DNA of 64,000 nt from the NCBI GenBank assembly GCA_013265495.1, contig MU060007.1, forward strand, positions 1,488,001-1,552,000, written 5' to 3'. Made by a program: the position numbers and the translations under genes. The stretch is from Vicugna vicugna (taxonomy: Eukaryota). A model generated the notes under the pieces. The model was not told the DNA's origin and searched no databases. It worked only from the letters and a program-made list of their open reading frames with translations. Each line of letters begins with the position of its first letter. Positions within the stretch are counted from its first letter, which is position 1. This document shows positions 12,915 to 26,800 of this stretch, one piece after another.

Positions 12915-15639
12915 CGTTCTCTCAGCCTTGGGCTGACACTTCTGAGCCCTCTCCAGTGTTTCTGTTTACTCCGTCCCAATCCTACATGCGTGGGTCCTAG
13001 CAGCCTGAGGGGAGGGACCACATAAACAATTCTAAAAATTTTGAGACAGGAAGCACTGCATTCTGTCATATTTCTAGTCTTCATATTCTTCTGTTGTATC
13101 TGTCTGATTGCATTCTAGTCTTTTATTTTCTCTTTACTTCATTTGGGTTTGAGTAGCACTTTTCTGGAAAGACAGATGCTTAAAGTTTTAATGTTTTTGA
13201 CAACTACCGTTACTATTTGTAATAGTCTAACTCCAGTCCTTTACCTTTAATACTGGAGGGAAGTAATACTTCTGAATACTGAATGGCTCTGTGAAGACTA
13301 AACTTTCTTGGTTTCAATATGGATAAACCCAGTTATAAAATGTTTGAGAGCTCAGTACTAGAAGAAAATCCCAGCTGGTGTAGGGTGAATTAGCAAGTTA
13401 CTGCAGTTTTCCTGACAGAACCCAGTAGAAGTGCAGGCATCTGGGTGACTTTGCACTGTTTGAGTAATGGCAAACATGACAATTTCTACCACTTTATTAT
13501 GTTTACATTCTAAGCCTATGTTTATTGATATTTCTTGCTATGCTCATGATGAATAAGATTTTTTAAAAATTAAAAATGGCAAAACCAGTATACATACATG
13601 GACTCCTTAATGTTCAGCGCCTTCCAGATCAGTACAACAAGAATATCTGAAACTAACTCAGGGAAGGCAGTTTTGTTTCTAAATATTATAATATAAATAG
13701 TATTTAAAATATTTAAATTTCAGGATGCAAAATTCTGAGTGGTGTGAAAAATGGTTTGACTTTGTTTTACCTTTAAAAAAAACTCTCCTATTTTCAGTTC
13801 TTTATTTACAATAGGATGAAAAATTGATTATGAACAGGGCCTTCTACATGAGATCTTAAACTTCATGGATGAATATGTTGGGGTGAATCAAACAGTTTCA
13901 CGGACAAACCTTCCCCATGGAGTGCTAGCAGGCACCATTGTCTTACTTGAATTATTTTATAGTTGCAACTGAATGGACTCTGATAACTTCTCCAGTAAAT
14001 TAGTCATTCTAGTGAACTGCCTACAGCATTTTTGTGAGAGCAGTAGAACCAAGAACAAAGAGACATTATTGGTATGAATCAGATTCTGTCCTGTGACTTC
14101 AAAACTAAGTTGAAAAAAATGGGATGATAGAAAGGAAAGTAGCCTAATTTTCTGAAGATAGAGGCAGTTTGTAAAATGACTCTAAATATACAGCAATTTC
14201 TTCTCTGCTGAGCTCTCACCCATTCAAATGCTCATGATAATTTTCCATTAGCATTTGATAGACTAGGCCTGGGTGGGTGGCCACTGACATGTAAGTTGGC
14301 TCCACTGAAATAAAGTCTCATTGCTCACATAGAACTTGAGCTACTAGGCACAGAGATAGTTTTTAAATACCTACTCTTCCCACCCCTCCAACAACCGACA
14401 CCCTCAGGACTGAAGAAGTCTACACTCCAGATTATGTAAGGAGAGACTAAACAGTGTGAAAGATGATTTAAATAAAAAGCTAAGTAATTATGGGCTTCTT
14501 TTTTTCCCATAGTGCTGACGCATCCTCTCAGCGTTAGGTAAAGTGTTTTGGGATATTCATTAAGGATTCCAGGCCACTGGAGCACTACTAAGTTCGTTAA
14601 TTTCTACTAGGAAGCCTCACATGTATTACTCTAGTTGAGTGGGTACTGGGAAATCTGGTTCATTATTTCTGATAATGGAAAATATATTTTTCTGCAATGG
14701 CAGCTACACACTCACAATTGTGGATATTGAGGAATTAGGCATTAGCTTTTCCAGATGTCTAGGGTTGCAATCTGTATCTCTTACATGTTATGGTTCTAAC
14801 AAAGCAGCTAGTACACTGTCAAAGAGCTTAGCTTGTTGGAAGATGGGAAGGTCCCAAGTGCAGAGAAAAGTTTGACTCAGGCCTTAAAATGAAATTAAAT
14901 GAGAAAAACAAATGGTTTTTCATTTGCCTGTTGGGTTAAAACAAAGTTAAATACATAAAAATTTTAAATTAAAATATTTATTTATTGTTTGTTAAAACTT
15001 TTAAAAATTTACTTTCTATGTTGTTTGAGATATAGATCAATCTTATTTATTAATGTTAATATAAAAAAGTATTAACATTTGGTATTTATAAGTAGTATTC
15101 TAAACATTATAGGGGATAAACTGTTTAAGAGTCAGGAGATGTTCAGGTCTCTCAATATCGTTTTGCTTCTAGTCGTGGAATGGTACCAAATTACCACAAA
15201 GCAAATCATACAGGACTTACAGATACTCAGTAAGTATCTGTAGCAAGGACTGGTTCTAAAAGCTTGCTCTGATGTTTGAAATCCATTCTTTGTGGTGGCC
15301 TGCATTAATTGCAGTTGAGATAAAGAAATACTTTGTTATTTTATACAAGAAGGAATAAAAATAATTATATAGTTAGAAATGTTGCAGTATGTATAACCTG
15401 CTCATTCATTCTTTAATTATGTTTCTTGAGAAGGCCCAAAGAATATTCTCTTCAATGAGGCATTGAGAACTGCATTGATGGAGGGTTACCAGACTTCTTT
15501 AGAAAATCCGTAGTGGCTGCCCTCTGTGAGAGGGGGTCATGGTAGGTGCTGCCCCAGTAAAAATGGACTTCTTGTTTTCATTGGGGTTGAAAGGATTTAG
15601 AGTGGCAGAAGCATTTAATCACCACTTTAAATCAGTAGT

Positions 15640-17420
15640 GGGGGTTGAATTTTATTAAAAATTCTTGGTATCTATTGAGGTTATAGTATCATTTTTTTCT
15701 TTAACCTACTTCTTATACTGCGTTACTGTAATAATATTTCTAGGGTTACATCAGCCTTTCATTTCTATGATAGCCTATTTGATAACAGTATTTTATTTTG
15801 TGGCTGGGTTATGGGATTCATTTATTAATAATATCTTGAATTTCTATAATAAGCAAAATTGGACTACAATTTTATTTTGTCTTATCCTTGTCCAATTTTT
15901 GCTATCAGACTTTTGCTCGCCTTGAAGAACATGTTGGGCAGACTTTCACATTTCCCTATTTTTCTATGCTTGTGGGGATTATCTGTTCTGGGAAGGGTTT
16001 ACTATGTATGACTTTTCCATAAAATCATCTGAGTTTGGTACCGTTTTAGACATAAACTTAAAAATTTTCTTCTACAGTAATTATTCTGTTCAGATTTTCC
16101 ACTACTTCTTGAAACATTTTGGGTCATTTTACAATCCATTTCCCTGAGGTTTTCCTTGGTATAAAACAGAACATTCTCAAATAGTTATTTATAGAAAGGA
16201 TGCGAGGGTGGTAAAATTTTTGAGTCTTGGCTTTTCTGAATATGCCATTATTGTCTTCTTATACTTGATTAAAGGTTTAGCGGGGACAAGAATTAGATTT
16301 AAAGAAATGTCCTTCTGGTTCTTTGAAAGCATTGCTCCACTGTCTTCTAGAATAAGTTGTTGCTGAGAAATCTGATAAAAATATACTGAATCTCATTCCT
16401 TTATAGGTCACCTGTTTACTTGTCTATGGAAACTGTAGGATTTTCCCTTTCTTTGGAGTTCGGAAACTCCTCTATGATTTATCTTTATGAGCATCTTTTT
16501 TTTTTTTTCCCTTTCATTCTGTTGAGCCCTAGTTAGGCCCAAAGGCATGCATATTCTTTCAGCTCTGGGAAATTTTCTTCTAGAATTTTCTTGATTATTT
16601 TCTTTCCTTCATTGTGTCACTTGTTACTCCTTCTGTAAATCTAGTGCAGTGGATACTGGAATTTATACTTCTATTATCTCTGTGTCTTAGATTTATTTTT
16701 TACAGTGTTATCATCACTTTGTTCTTTTGTAACATGTTTTGGAAGAATCTTTCAGGTTCCTCTTTCAATTTGTGAATTCATCCCTTAGCTATGTTTCATT
16801 CCATTTAACTTTAGAAACTACTACTTAAATTTTTTTTAACAATTATATTTAAAATTTCTAGGATCATTAATTGTTTCTATTTTTTTGTGTATGAAATGTC
16901 CTTTTGAAGTTCTTAAGTATGCCAAGTACACATATTTGAAATGTTTGTTTTCTCTACTAGGCAAACTTAATTCTCAGCTGTTAATTCTTTATTTTGATGA
17001 TTTTGCTGTCTTTATCATGCTGATAAATTCGTCAAGTGTTTGCTGATTATTCTCTTGCTGCTCATTTTTGTGTTTAAATATTCTTATTTACAGTCTATAG
17101 ATTGTCTGGTGATTCTAGGGGAGAGACCATACCTACTGCTGTATGAGGTGTGCAGGTTCTCCAGGAAGTAGGGGTTCCTATTCTTCCTGGCTTTGCTATC
17201 TGTCAAAACATTGCCCTTCCAGAACTAATACATGTATTTATTGCTTTAGCTGCAACTTCTGGGAAAACACCTCTGCTGCCTACTATCCTGGGCAGTGGGC
17301 AATCAACCGAATGATTTTCCCGGTACCTTCCTAGCTGGGCCCAGAGGACACCTGGGATTGCTTTCCTTTTTTGCTTATGTGATTGATTATAGTCTGTTTT
17401 TCAGTAATTCCTGAAATATT
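15640..17420 (-). mobile_element. Ancient L1/HAL1-like remnant (ORF1-like 16180-17420, ORF2 fragment 15640-16160), antisense
   Basis: 'gtatctattgaggtt', 'aaaatcatctgag', 'ttgctccactgtcttctag...gttgctgagaaatctgat' and 'tcagctctgggaaattttctt' are typical antisense L1M/HAL1 blocks. Confidence 0.65.
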
Positions 17421-17699
17421 CTAGTCTACTAATGACACTCTCATTTTTCACTGATGTGCATTAATACATTTTAAAAGTATATTTTCTATCATTCCAACGA
17501 CTTACGGTCAGAAGGGGAAAAAAATGTGTGTACTCAGTATGACATTTTGGTCAAATATTATCTCCATTCCTTTGAACACTTTATTGTCTTGGTCTGGTGT
17601 TACCAATATTCTCAGGTCTGCACAACACATTCCTTTTCATCTTTCAGAGTCCGAAAAAGTGAAGTCAGGCTGAGGGAAGGATGGTCACATCATACACAA

Positions 17700-20600
17700 G
17701 ACCGTGACACTGGGGCTCCTTCCCTCAAAGGCTGGCATTGAATGGATGACTGCCTGAGGCAATAATATAATAAAAAATTACCTGAGATCAAAAGCAGGGA
17801 ACTGCCCGGTAGAATCAGAAGATAGAGGATGTGTTCTCTGTAGTACATTTGTATCCAGAAACATGGGAAAAAGTGTAGAAATTTCTGATTGATATTTCCA
17901 ATGTGATTCAAAAAAACTTTCATTAGATTTTAACAACCAACTATGACGATAAAGCAAAGTTGAAACACAGAAGTATTGTGTAGATGTGATAAACACAACT
18001 GCTAGATTAGTAACTTCAAGGGAAGCAGGCTATAAACAATTGTCAGAAAGAAAATCAAATTAGCAAAATAAAAGTGAAACAATAGACATGATAAAATATT
18101 ACAATTTCAGGAAATGTATAAATGAAAATAATAAAAGATTAGTAATACAGACAGACTTATATGATCCAATCTATATATATAAAAAGTGAGAGCAGAGTAG
18201 ATGAGCAAAAGTAATAAGCAAAGATATAACAGAAGAAGCTGTGTTAGCAAAAGATAGATCTGATTTTTTAGAATATAGAAACAGCTCATGAAGTACTACA
18301 TATTATAGGTAAAATTACTATATTCTAAAAATAGAGCAAAATTATCAACTATTAGCAGGAAAATCACATTACTTATAAAAAAACCAAAATTTAGGTTGGC
18401 TACAAACTTCTCCAAATATATTTTTCTGGACCACATCTAAAACAACATGAAAGAGAACATTAAATATAAACTTAGAGATTAAGATAAATCAGACTTACAA
18501 AAAAAAAAAAAAAGAAAGAAAAAAGAATCCAGAGGAAGCAATATAACCTTAATAAAAAATAGAAATCACAAATAAAAAGCTTGTAATGTGATGTTTTTAT
18601 ATTGATAAAAGCTAATACCCACAATAAAATTATAACAGTCATGAAACATTATGTAACTAAAAAGATAATATCAAATTATATATAGCATAAACTATTAGAA
18701 ATACATGGAGAGACTGGAGAGACTGACACAGTTGTAATGGGATGCTTTATCATATACTGTTCATAGTCTTTGATAGATCAAAAGTTAAAAAATAAGTACT
18801 GAAAGGACTTGAAAAATTCAATGAACATACTTACCTATTTTTATTTATATATACAATATATGGCATATATATATACTAAAAACTTTATAATTTATAAATG
18901 TATGTATATAAAAGCTTTGTATTCTATAAAACAATATTTGCTTTGAAAATTCCTCAAAAACATTTACAAAAAGTGATCAAATGCCAAAACATACACCCTC
19001 AAAATCATAATTAAAAGCAAGTAGTAGAAAATGTGTAAGATACAATTTTAATGGCATTGCTATAAAATGAAAATTTAATTGCACATCTAAACAAAAAATT
19101 CACACTACTTGGATATTAAAGGCAAAATAAAGCATTTTGCCAAAGAGCTCTTGGATTAAAGTAACACTACAGACTTCAGATAGCAGAGAGAGAAAGAAAA
19201 CTTTCTAAATTAAAACCTCTGTGATATTTCCAAAGTCATAATTTGAAGGCAAATTTATAGCTTAGAACTCCTTGCTTCCTAAACAAAACAGAATGAAAAT
19301 CAATTAATATTTAAACCAAAAAGTTTCAAGAAAAACAATACAGACAAGAAACCTGGGAGAAAGAATATGATTTAATCAGTGGTTTGTTCTTAGGAAACAA
19401 CAAGAAATACAGAATAACTAACACAAAAACTTCTGGCATAGCCAAACAAGAACAAAAGGAAGGGAAATTAAATATAGAAGCTTGTAGTTTATAAAGGGGA
19501 ATATATCAATACATATATCAGTAGATGGGAGAGTTTAAACATTTTAAGAAAATTTTGCACATTATTCTGTGCTAGTAAATTAAAAAAAAACCAAACCTCA
19601 GTGAAATAGGTAAGTTCCTGACAAGTTATAAGTTATCAAAATTGGTCTGCTAAGAGGTGGAAAATTTAAGTAGACCTACAACTGTTGGGAAAAAAAAAAA
19701 CCTAAGAAGTAGATTCAGTTTTTAACTTTGTGTTTAAAGTTGCGCCAATTAAAAATACCCGTAGTATATATAAGTTGATTGGGAGCATATAAAGAGAGAG
19801 AACATCTTTCAAGTCATTTTATGAAGTCAGTAAAATTTGATGATGAAGTATGACGAAGTTAGTGCAGCAGTGGAAACTACAGGTTAATCTCATCACTGTA
19901 ATACATGGATGCAAATATGCTAAATAAATATTGGAGATTAAAAATAGAAACATATTTAAATAGTGAAACGCCATAACCCAAACTAGTTTTTCATCCTCAA
20001 ATAAAATAATAATTCATGATGATTTGACATATTAATTTGGACATTATGTCATAGGTTGCTGAATAAAAGTAATATGATCATTATGAGTGATGCCTAATGT
20101 ATTCATTTCATATTGCTTTTGTGACAAATTACCACAAATTCAATGTCTTGAAACAACACAGATTTATTATCTTACATTTGGGTNNNNNNNNNNNNNNNNN
20201 NNNNNNNNNNNNNNNNNNNNNNNNNNNNNNNNNNNNNNNNNNNNNNNNNNNNNNNNNNNNNNNNNNNNNNNNNNNNNNNNNNNNNNNNNNNNNNNNNNNN
20301 NNNNNNNNNNNNNNNNATTCTTCCAGTTTCTTCTTCTGTCATCACATCTTTGCTGACTCTGACCCTCTTGCTTTCCTCTTGCACAAAACCCTTATGATTA
20401 CACTGAGGCCACCTGGATAATCCGGGATAATTTCCTCGTATCACAATCCATAATTTAACCACATCTGCACAGTACATTTCACTGTGTAAGGTAACATAGT
20501 AACAGGTTTTGGGGATTAGAATGTGGACATCTTTGGGGCTATTATTTTGTTTACCAAACTCTCAAAGAATCTAATTAATTTTAACATCTCTTCTGGTCAA

Positions 20601-20990
20601 ATTCTTATCAAACCAGGACCAGAAGCATATTTTGTTAAAATTGTGAAGCATTTGCATTACCAACTGTCACCATCTTATTTTGTGTTGAAACTTCTAAGCA
20701 TTGGAGATGTTCTCAGTAAAATTAGGAATAAGATGAAAATGACTGCCATCTTGCTATTAATATTGTTCGGAAAACGGTAAGCAATGACACAAATAAATAG
20801 GACTGGAGCTCCAATTTAGAAAGGAGATTCAGTTTTCCTTATTTTCCAGTGATGTCACTGTATACCTAAAAGGCAGAAGAACTGATTGAAAACTGTTAGA
20901 ATTAATACAGAGCTTAATGAAATGACTGGACTCTGAAGAAATAAACAAAAACTAAACGACCAAATAAATAAATAAACAGTATTTACTATA
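17700..20990 (+). mobile_element. Ancient L1 remnant (ORF1 end, endonuclease, linker, RT), interrupted by an MLT1 LTR
   Basis: Endonuclease-like DNA 'acacagttgtaatgggatgcttt...ctttgatagatcaaaag' (IVGDFN..DRS region) and RT-like 'ttccttattttccagtgatgtcactgtatacctaaaa' (LFADDMIVY region); no intact frame. Confidence 0.7.
20098..20558 (-). mobile_element. MLT1B/C-type MaLR solo LTR (133 nt masked at 20184-20316)
   Basis: Begins 'tgtattcatttc...gtgacaaattaccacaaa'; contains 'cacctggataatccgggataat' and 'gtaaggtaacat...ggggattagaatgtggacatctttgggg'. Confidence 0.9.
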
Positions 20991-21149
20991 CTGACAGAAA
21001 AAGCTTTATTTCGAGCAACAAAAAGAGGCCCTTTGTCTGCAGGGACTAAAAAACACAGGGAGAAGATGAAGTTGGAGGCGTAGACCGATAACTTTCAGAC
21101 GTTTTAGTGTCAGGCATCCTTAATACTATTAAGTACTGAGAATACTGCC

Positions 21150-21895
21150 TAGCGTTTGTTGATGTGGGTTGTATCTATGGATATTTACTATATTGAGATT
21201 AAAATAGAGAAATTAAAAATATTTAATGATAAAAATAATAGTACACCCATATATGTTAAAATAATAACACGTATTTTATGAAAAATAAGTGTATTTTCCA
21301 AACTCCTTCAAAATACAGCGAGAAGAGTAGTGGAGTTTACATTTTCCCAAATCTCTTTAATGCTGGACTGTTAAGATGACAGCTGAATTTTCATGTCTGC
21401 TTCTACATTCACTGTGCTGTGAAATGCTGTTTTGGTTAGAGTGTATGAAAAAAGTCTAACCTTATACAGATATGTAGTTGGAAAAGGGAGACGTATCTTA
21501 ATAACCTTTCAGAGAGTTGTGGATATTCTCCTTTGACCTTGACAAGTGGTAATTTCTTCGTGTTGCAATGAGGAGTATGAAATGATATTAATGAACTTTT
21601 TGTACGGTTTCATTAAAAATCCTTCGGCCTGTCTCACACTTTGAATGCATCTTTTACCCATGCATGATTTTGCAACATCATGCCTCAATCACTTGGAAAA
21701 TATTTGTAAACTAAATTTGCAGATCTTCCATATGTTAACATATTTCATTAGACAGTATCTAAAGATCACATTTGATAATTCTACTGCTGATCTCATCAGA
21801 AGAGTTTTTTAAGTACTAGGAAGGTGTTAAGCTCATAGGGGCAGATATAAGTTTTCTGAAAGTCTAGTTTTTGCTTGAAAGCATTAAGATTTTGG
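21150..21895 (-). mobile_element. Charlie1 (hAT-Charlie) DNA transposon remnant with decayed transposase
   Basis: The minus strand from 21882 reads AFKQKLDFQKTYICPYELNTFLVLKKLF*, resembling remembered Charlie1/ZBED5-type transposase (AFKRKLEFWKTCICHRELDSF); the DNA block 'cagatatgtagttggaaaagggag' also matches Charlie1. Confidence 0.85.
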
Positions 21896-22139
21896 GATTG
21901 ATTGCTACTGCAGCCTACGCCAAAATTATCTGATCAATATGGAGGTACCAGGATACCTTCAAGCTGGTTGTTTTTATCTTTACAATCAATGTTTCATGAT
22001 CCTTAGGAAAAAATAAACTGTTAGTGATGCTTAGGCTGTAAATTGGAAGCACACGTGCATCTCTGGCCCCTCAATAGTTCATATAAATTATAATGAACAT
22101 TTGAAAACTATGGTAAGAAACAAAACATTTATTTGACAG

Positions 22140-22660
22140 TATATGGAAGGATGAATTGGAAGTGAGTGAGTGGGGAAGGAAAACCGGAGGAAAAAATATA
22201 TTTTAGTAACTTAATTACAATAGGGCCTAATTAGGGTGAGGTTAGTAGGAATGAAAATGATGAAATGTATTCAAGGCATTGCTTGTGTATGTCTTAGTTT
22301 TTATCATTATTATTACTGCAAAAAAGAGTGTAAAAGAACTTGATCAGAGGTTGAATACTGGGTAAAAGGAAGAGAACTCATAGGTGGTTCTAAGATTTTA
22401 TTCTGTGAGAAGCAGCAAATTTTGGTTTTGAAATTGAGATGGTTTAGAGAAAGTCTGGATTAAATGGTAGTCATGGCATAGATGGTGTTTATAGCCACAG
22501 GAGCTAGATGAGGTTATCTAAAGCCTGAGTGTAGGTAGAGAAAAGAAGTCACAAAATTGAGGCTCTAAGTTTTCCAAGGTTTAGAGGTTGGGGAGATGCA
22601 ACAGAATCAACAAAAAGAGTGAGAAGGAACAGGCAGTGAGATAGAAGGAAAATACCATTG
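22140..22660 (-). mobile_element. L2 LINE fragment
   Basis: 'atagatggtgtttatagccacaggagctagatgaggttatct...gtgtaggtagagaaaagaag' is typical antisense L2. Confidence 0.7.
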
Positions 22661-22669
22661 GTCTCCCCT

Positions 22670-23189
22670 GTCCTGTCCCAGCCTCCACAGCAGCAGGCAG
22701 CTCCGCGTGGGCCCTGACTGATGTCATGCAGGTGCAGCCTGACAGCACCCACCCAGTGCCCTTGTGGGCCTCTCACCCCCTGCACAGGTGTTGACTGCCA
22801 GGCGTGGGGAACTGTATCACCCACTGGGTGCTGGGGTCTACATGTGTGCAACTAGGAAATGTGGAGGGAGTTAATAGGGTGATGTTAAGCCTGGGGTAAA
22901 ACCCGTGGAAGGCAGGAGTGGGTGGAAAAAGTTCCCCCTTTTGCCTCCTCCAATAGCTGTTTGGAGAAGCTGAGTATAGAGTTTCTAGGATGTTGGAACA
23001 CTCAGTTGCACTTAGCAGCACCCACCTTCAAATGCATTGTCAAATCCTGGGGGTCTTCTTCTCCTTCCCTGTCGCACTCCTTCGTCCCTCACTCTGGCTC
23101 CCAGCTCCCAGGGTTGCTCTCCCGGATAAAGGAGGAGCCCGCAAGCCCTCAGCTGCAGGTGCTGCCCTTTGGGAACCCAGACTGAGACA
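22670..23189 (+). mobile_element. LTR16E/LTR33-like ERVL solo LTR
   Basis: 'tgcaactaggaaatgtggagggagttaa', 'ccttccctgtcgcactcc' and terminus 'gggaacccagactgagaca' resemble the LTR16/33 family. Confidence 0.75.
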
Positions 23190-23579
23190 AGCGCATATCC
23201 CTTCTAGGCTCTGCGAACTCTAACAAAGGAATAAAACTTTGCTTAAACAAATCATTTCTCCTCTGAATAAGCATCAAGAGAACCTGACACATATTCTAGC
23301 TTCAGATTAGAAGCTGTAATTTTTCTTCCTTAACATTGACTTTTAATGAGATATGATTTTAGTTATTGGTTACTGTTTATGAACTTCAGTACTAAGGTTG
23401 CATTTTGTGGCAATTTAGACACAATATACATGATTATTCTGATTAAAAAGTTAAAAAGTAAAACAAAGTCCAGTTATGTTTATTATACTTTACATAATAT
23501 GTACTAAGAGTTACTATTTTCCTTTTTCTTAGTTTTGCCTAGTAAAAATATTAAGACTTCATGATTCTTTCATGGATTA

Positions 23580-24095
23580 CTAAATAGCCTCTTAGCTCAC
23601 TTCCCTGTCTCTGATTTCCCCTCTTCTAGCCCTACATGTTTTTCTCAGTGATTTTTTTTTTTAAAACAGAGTTGATCTGCTTGTACTTCTCTGCTTAAAA
23701 GCCTTCAATAGCTTTTCATTGCCAAAAAATTAAGCCCAGACTCTTAGGATGACCTATAACTTGCTCTCCTCTCTTTCCAACCTCCTTAAGCCCCATGCCT
23801 CGTGCTCTGTACATATTTAGTTATTCGTGGTTCTCTTCACTGGCCGCACTGTTTTGGTCCTCAGGCTCAGACCTGCTCGAGTGTCTCCTCTTTGGCAAAA
23901 TGTTCTTCTTCTGTGCCTTGTTGGATTTGATCACCCTCTCTTCTAGGGAAATATACTTTGTTCTTTCCTCTTTTATAGTGGGAATCACATTGTACTATTA
24001 CAATGATTTGTTTGCATAACTCTCTCGTCTACAAGACAAGCCGTTGCTCATTTGTGTATGCTCAGCCCTTGCTAGCTCATAGTTCATCAGAGATG
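23580..24095 (+). mobile_element. L2 LINE 3' fragment
   Basis: 'ctctgcttaaaagccttcaatagcttttcattgcc' and later L2 3' blocks. Confidence 0.7.
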
Positions 24096-24559
24096 ACAGT
24101 CAACAAAACTGTCCTATCTTTGAAAGTAACAAAACTGGGTTAAAAATTTATATTTCAAAGTTTTTGTGAATTCAGTCCCCCACCCCAAATCCCTCTTTCC
24201 CAGGTCCATTGTCCCCAGGAATCAGTGGAAAGTTATTATAAATTTGAGTGGTGAATTCTGGGTTCATAACACGTTTTGGAACATAGTAGCATAAAAATTA
24301 TTTTTAAGTTAAGTTCCTACTCTTCAATGGAAGTGTTTAAGCTTTATTTGTGGTTAACAGTATTCTATGTCAGCAGCAGACTTGAGGGTGGCCTGTAAGT
24401 GCTGAAAATCATGGAGGAACTTTAGCCTAGTTAAAAAAAAAAAGATTTGCTCTCGAAGGTGTGCTCCTCTGTAGCTTATATGTTATTGAATTTCCAGCAG
24501 CTAAGCTCCCTGAATCAACCATGAACACCCTGATTATTGGGAACATTAGCATTTAAGAC

Positions 24560-24878
24560 TCTAGATGGAACACTGTAGCCCGGCCAGCTCTCTCTGGGCA
24601 CAAGTATGTTTTGTTTAACCTATTCGTGTTTTGAAACTATGAATTAGTTGCCCAATATTTAAAAACAAATATATTTCACACAAAGAAAATCTCCTGAAGA
24701 GCAAGAAGATCTGGGACAGTAGATTTACAATTTTCCATAAGGAAACAATTGGCTGGAGCTGAACCCTGAGTATGAGGCATGTGTTGCCCTGTCCATCGCT
24801 GTCTCAGCCCAGCCTCCCTTTGTCATTTGTTTATTTTGACCATTTGGCCATTTTTAGGATTTTGGTTTGCAAATCCTG
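24560..24878 (+). mobile_element. MER102-type hAT-Charlie element
   Basis: 'gttttgtttaacc...gaattagttgccc', 'gaagatctggg', 'aacaattggctggagctga' and end 'ggtttgcaaatcctg'. Confidence 0.75.
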
Positions 24879-25689
24879 ACTCTTGGTTGTACACACATTA
24901 AAAGTATTCCTTCTGTGTTAGTGTTCTTGCCCATGAAATCATGACCTTATTCCATTATAAGTCAAAACTCTACACAATTTTCTGATAGTTTATCTGTATA
25001 GAATATTTAGAAAACACCATCTGATTAAATGTGAATATTTCCCCTATACCATGTTATCACTTAACATTTTGAACTTCCAAACTTAAACTGAAGTCTCCTG
25101 GGATCAAGAAGAAATAAATAACTCAAAATATCTGTACTGTATTATCTGCTAAAACTTAGCATTTTTTTTTTTTTGACATCGAGCCCTACGTCAATACATT
25201 TCTCTCACGTCATATTGTGTTAGGCTGGTTCACAGTAGGAAAAAGCATAACAGGATATGACATGATGTAAGTGATGCACTGACATGTATAATTTATAGAC
25301 TACACCCCTGTTGGAAGCAGACACCTGCACTTAATTTAGATCCTGGGAATTTAAAATGAAATTAATGAACAAAAGTAGAAATGCCCATGAACTGATGAAT
25401 GAATGAATGATGTGGTTCACCAGCCCAAAAGTAGCTTATGTCATCACTGAGGATCTCAGAGCTTAATATTACCCATGTGTCAAGTAGTCATTTGCTATTT
25501 TCCAAGTTTGACTGGAGTCTTTAACAGATAATCTAAGTAGCAGACATTTAAGAAGAACATTTTTATTTAAAAAATTTTAATAACTTGGTCATTTAATTCC
25601 CAAGCAAGTAATTTAATACAAAACTCTCTTTGCCATAATTCTCTGGGTATGTTATGTTAAAGATGTATTTTGTTTTAAGCAGTAATGGT

Positions 25690-26800
25690 CAATGCATGTT
25701 GCTCTTTTCAAAATAATGTTTCAAAGAAAAACATTACATGTTTACCATTGGAAACTGGGTAAGCACAAAGGAGTATTAAAATTATTGGCAAACATCCCGC
25801 CCAAAGATAACCACTGATGAATGTGTTAGCGTATTTTCTTCTAGTCGTTTAAGATCCATATCTACCTATCTTCATTTATCTACATCCATGTTAACAATCA
25901 TTTTATTACCTCAGAATTGTGTGGGCCTGGGATTTGAGCAGGGCTCAGTGGCATTTCTTCTGTTTCTCATGTAACACTGCTTGAGGTGACTTGGTGATGC
26001 TCAGCTGGCAGACAGGCTGGTCTGGAAGGTCGGAGAGGGCTTTTCTTACAAGATGGCATCTTGACAGGATGGCTATGCAAGACTTAGCCCAACTGGAGCT
26101 GTTGGTTCTTCTCTTTTTGGGCCTCCCCATGGAACTGCTTGAATCAGATTGCTTGAGCTTCCTCACAGCATGGGGGCTGAATTCTAAGAGCGAGTGTTCC
26201 TTATGTATGTCTATTTAAAAAATATGGTTGGGATTCAACTGTATACCCAGTTCTGAATCTTGCATTTAAAGATTAAAAGCATATTATACACATTTTCCTG
26301 TTCCACAGAAATGTCTTGGCAGGTGGTCTTGATAGCTGCATAATATTACATATCATACAGCCTCCACCTATTGTCTCACAAATAATATCTTTATTATATT
26401 AGTAATATGTAATAAAATTTACTGTGCATACATTTTTGCCTAAGTTTTGTATTGGTTCCTTAATGTGTAGTCCAAGAAGCAAAATTAGCTAAGTGTATGA
26501 AAAATTTTAAGGCCAGTGATAGAGGTTGTCAAACTGCTTTCCAGTAATATGGTGCATATTCTCATTTCACTGTTTACTGCCTACTCACTGCACCTTCATC
26601 AGCATTTTCATTTTTAAGTCTTTGTATATTTGATTGTTATAACTATCTTACTGATGTCATTTGCATTTATGTGAATTCTGATGTATTTTCATGATTATTA
26701 ATTTATGTTACATCTCCTATATTTGCTTGCTCATCTATTGAGACACTATTTTAAAAATCAGTTTATCTGAATTCTTTATATATTAGATAACTATTTTAAA
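25690..26800 (-). mobile_element. L1ME4-like 3' remnant split by an MLT1 LTR
   Basis: 'cccaaagataaccactg' before 25905; 'tagctgcataatatt' and 'gtcaaactgctttcc' after 26200. Confidence 0.6.
25905..26200 (-). mobile_element. MLT1F/G/H-type MaLR LTR fragment
   Basis: 'gagcagggctcag', 'cagctggcagacaggctggtctggaaggtc', 'aagagcgagtgttcc'. Confidence 0.75.

Noticed and set aside
13805-14060. Coding-looking unique sequence and a minus-strand exon-like segment
   Set aside because: Stops occur in all frames consistent with the splice sites.
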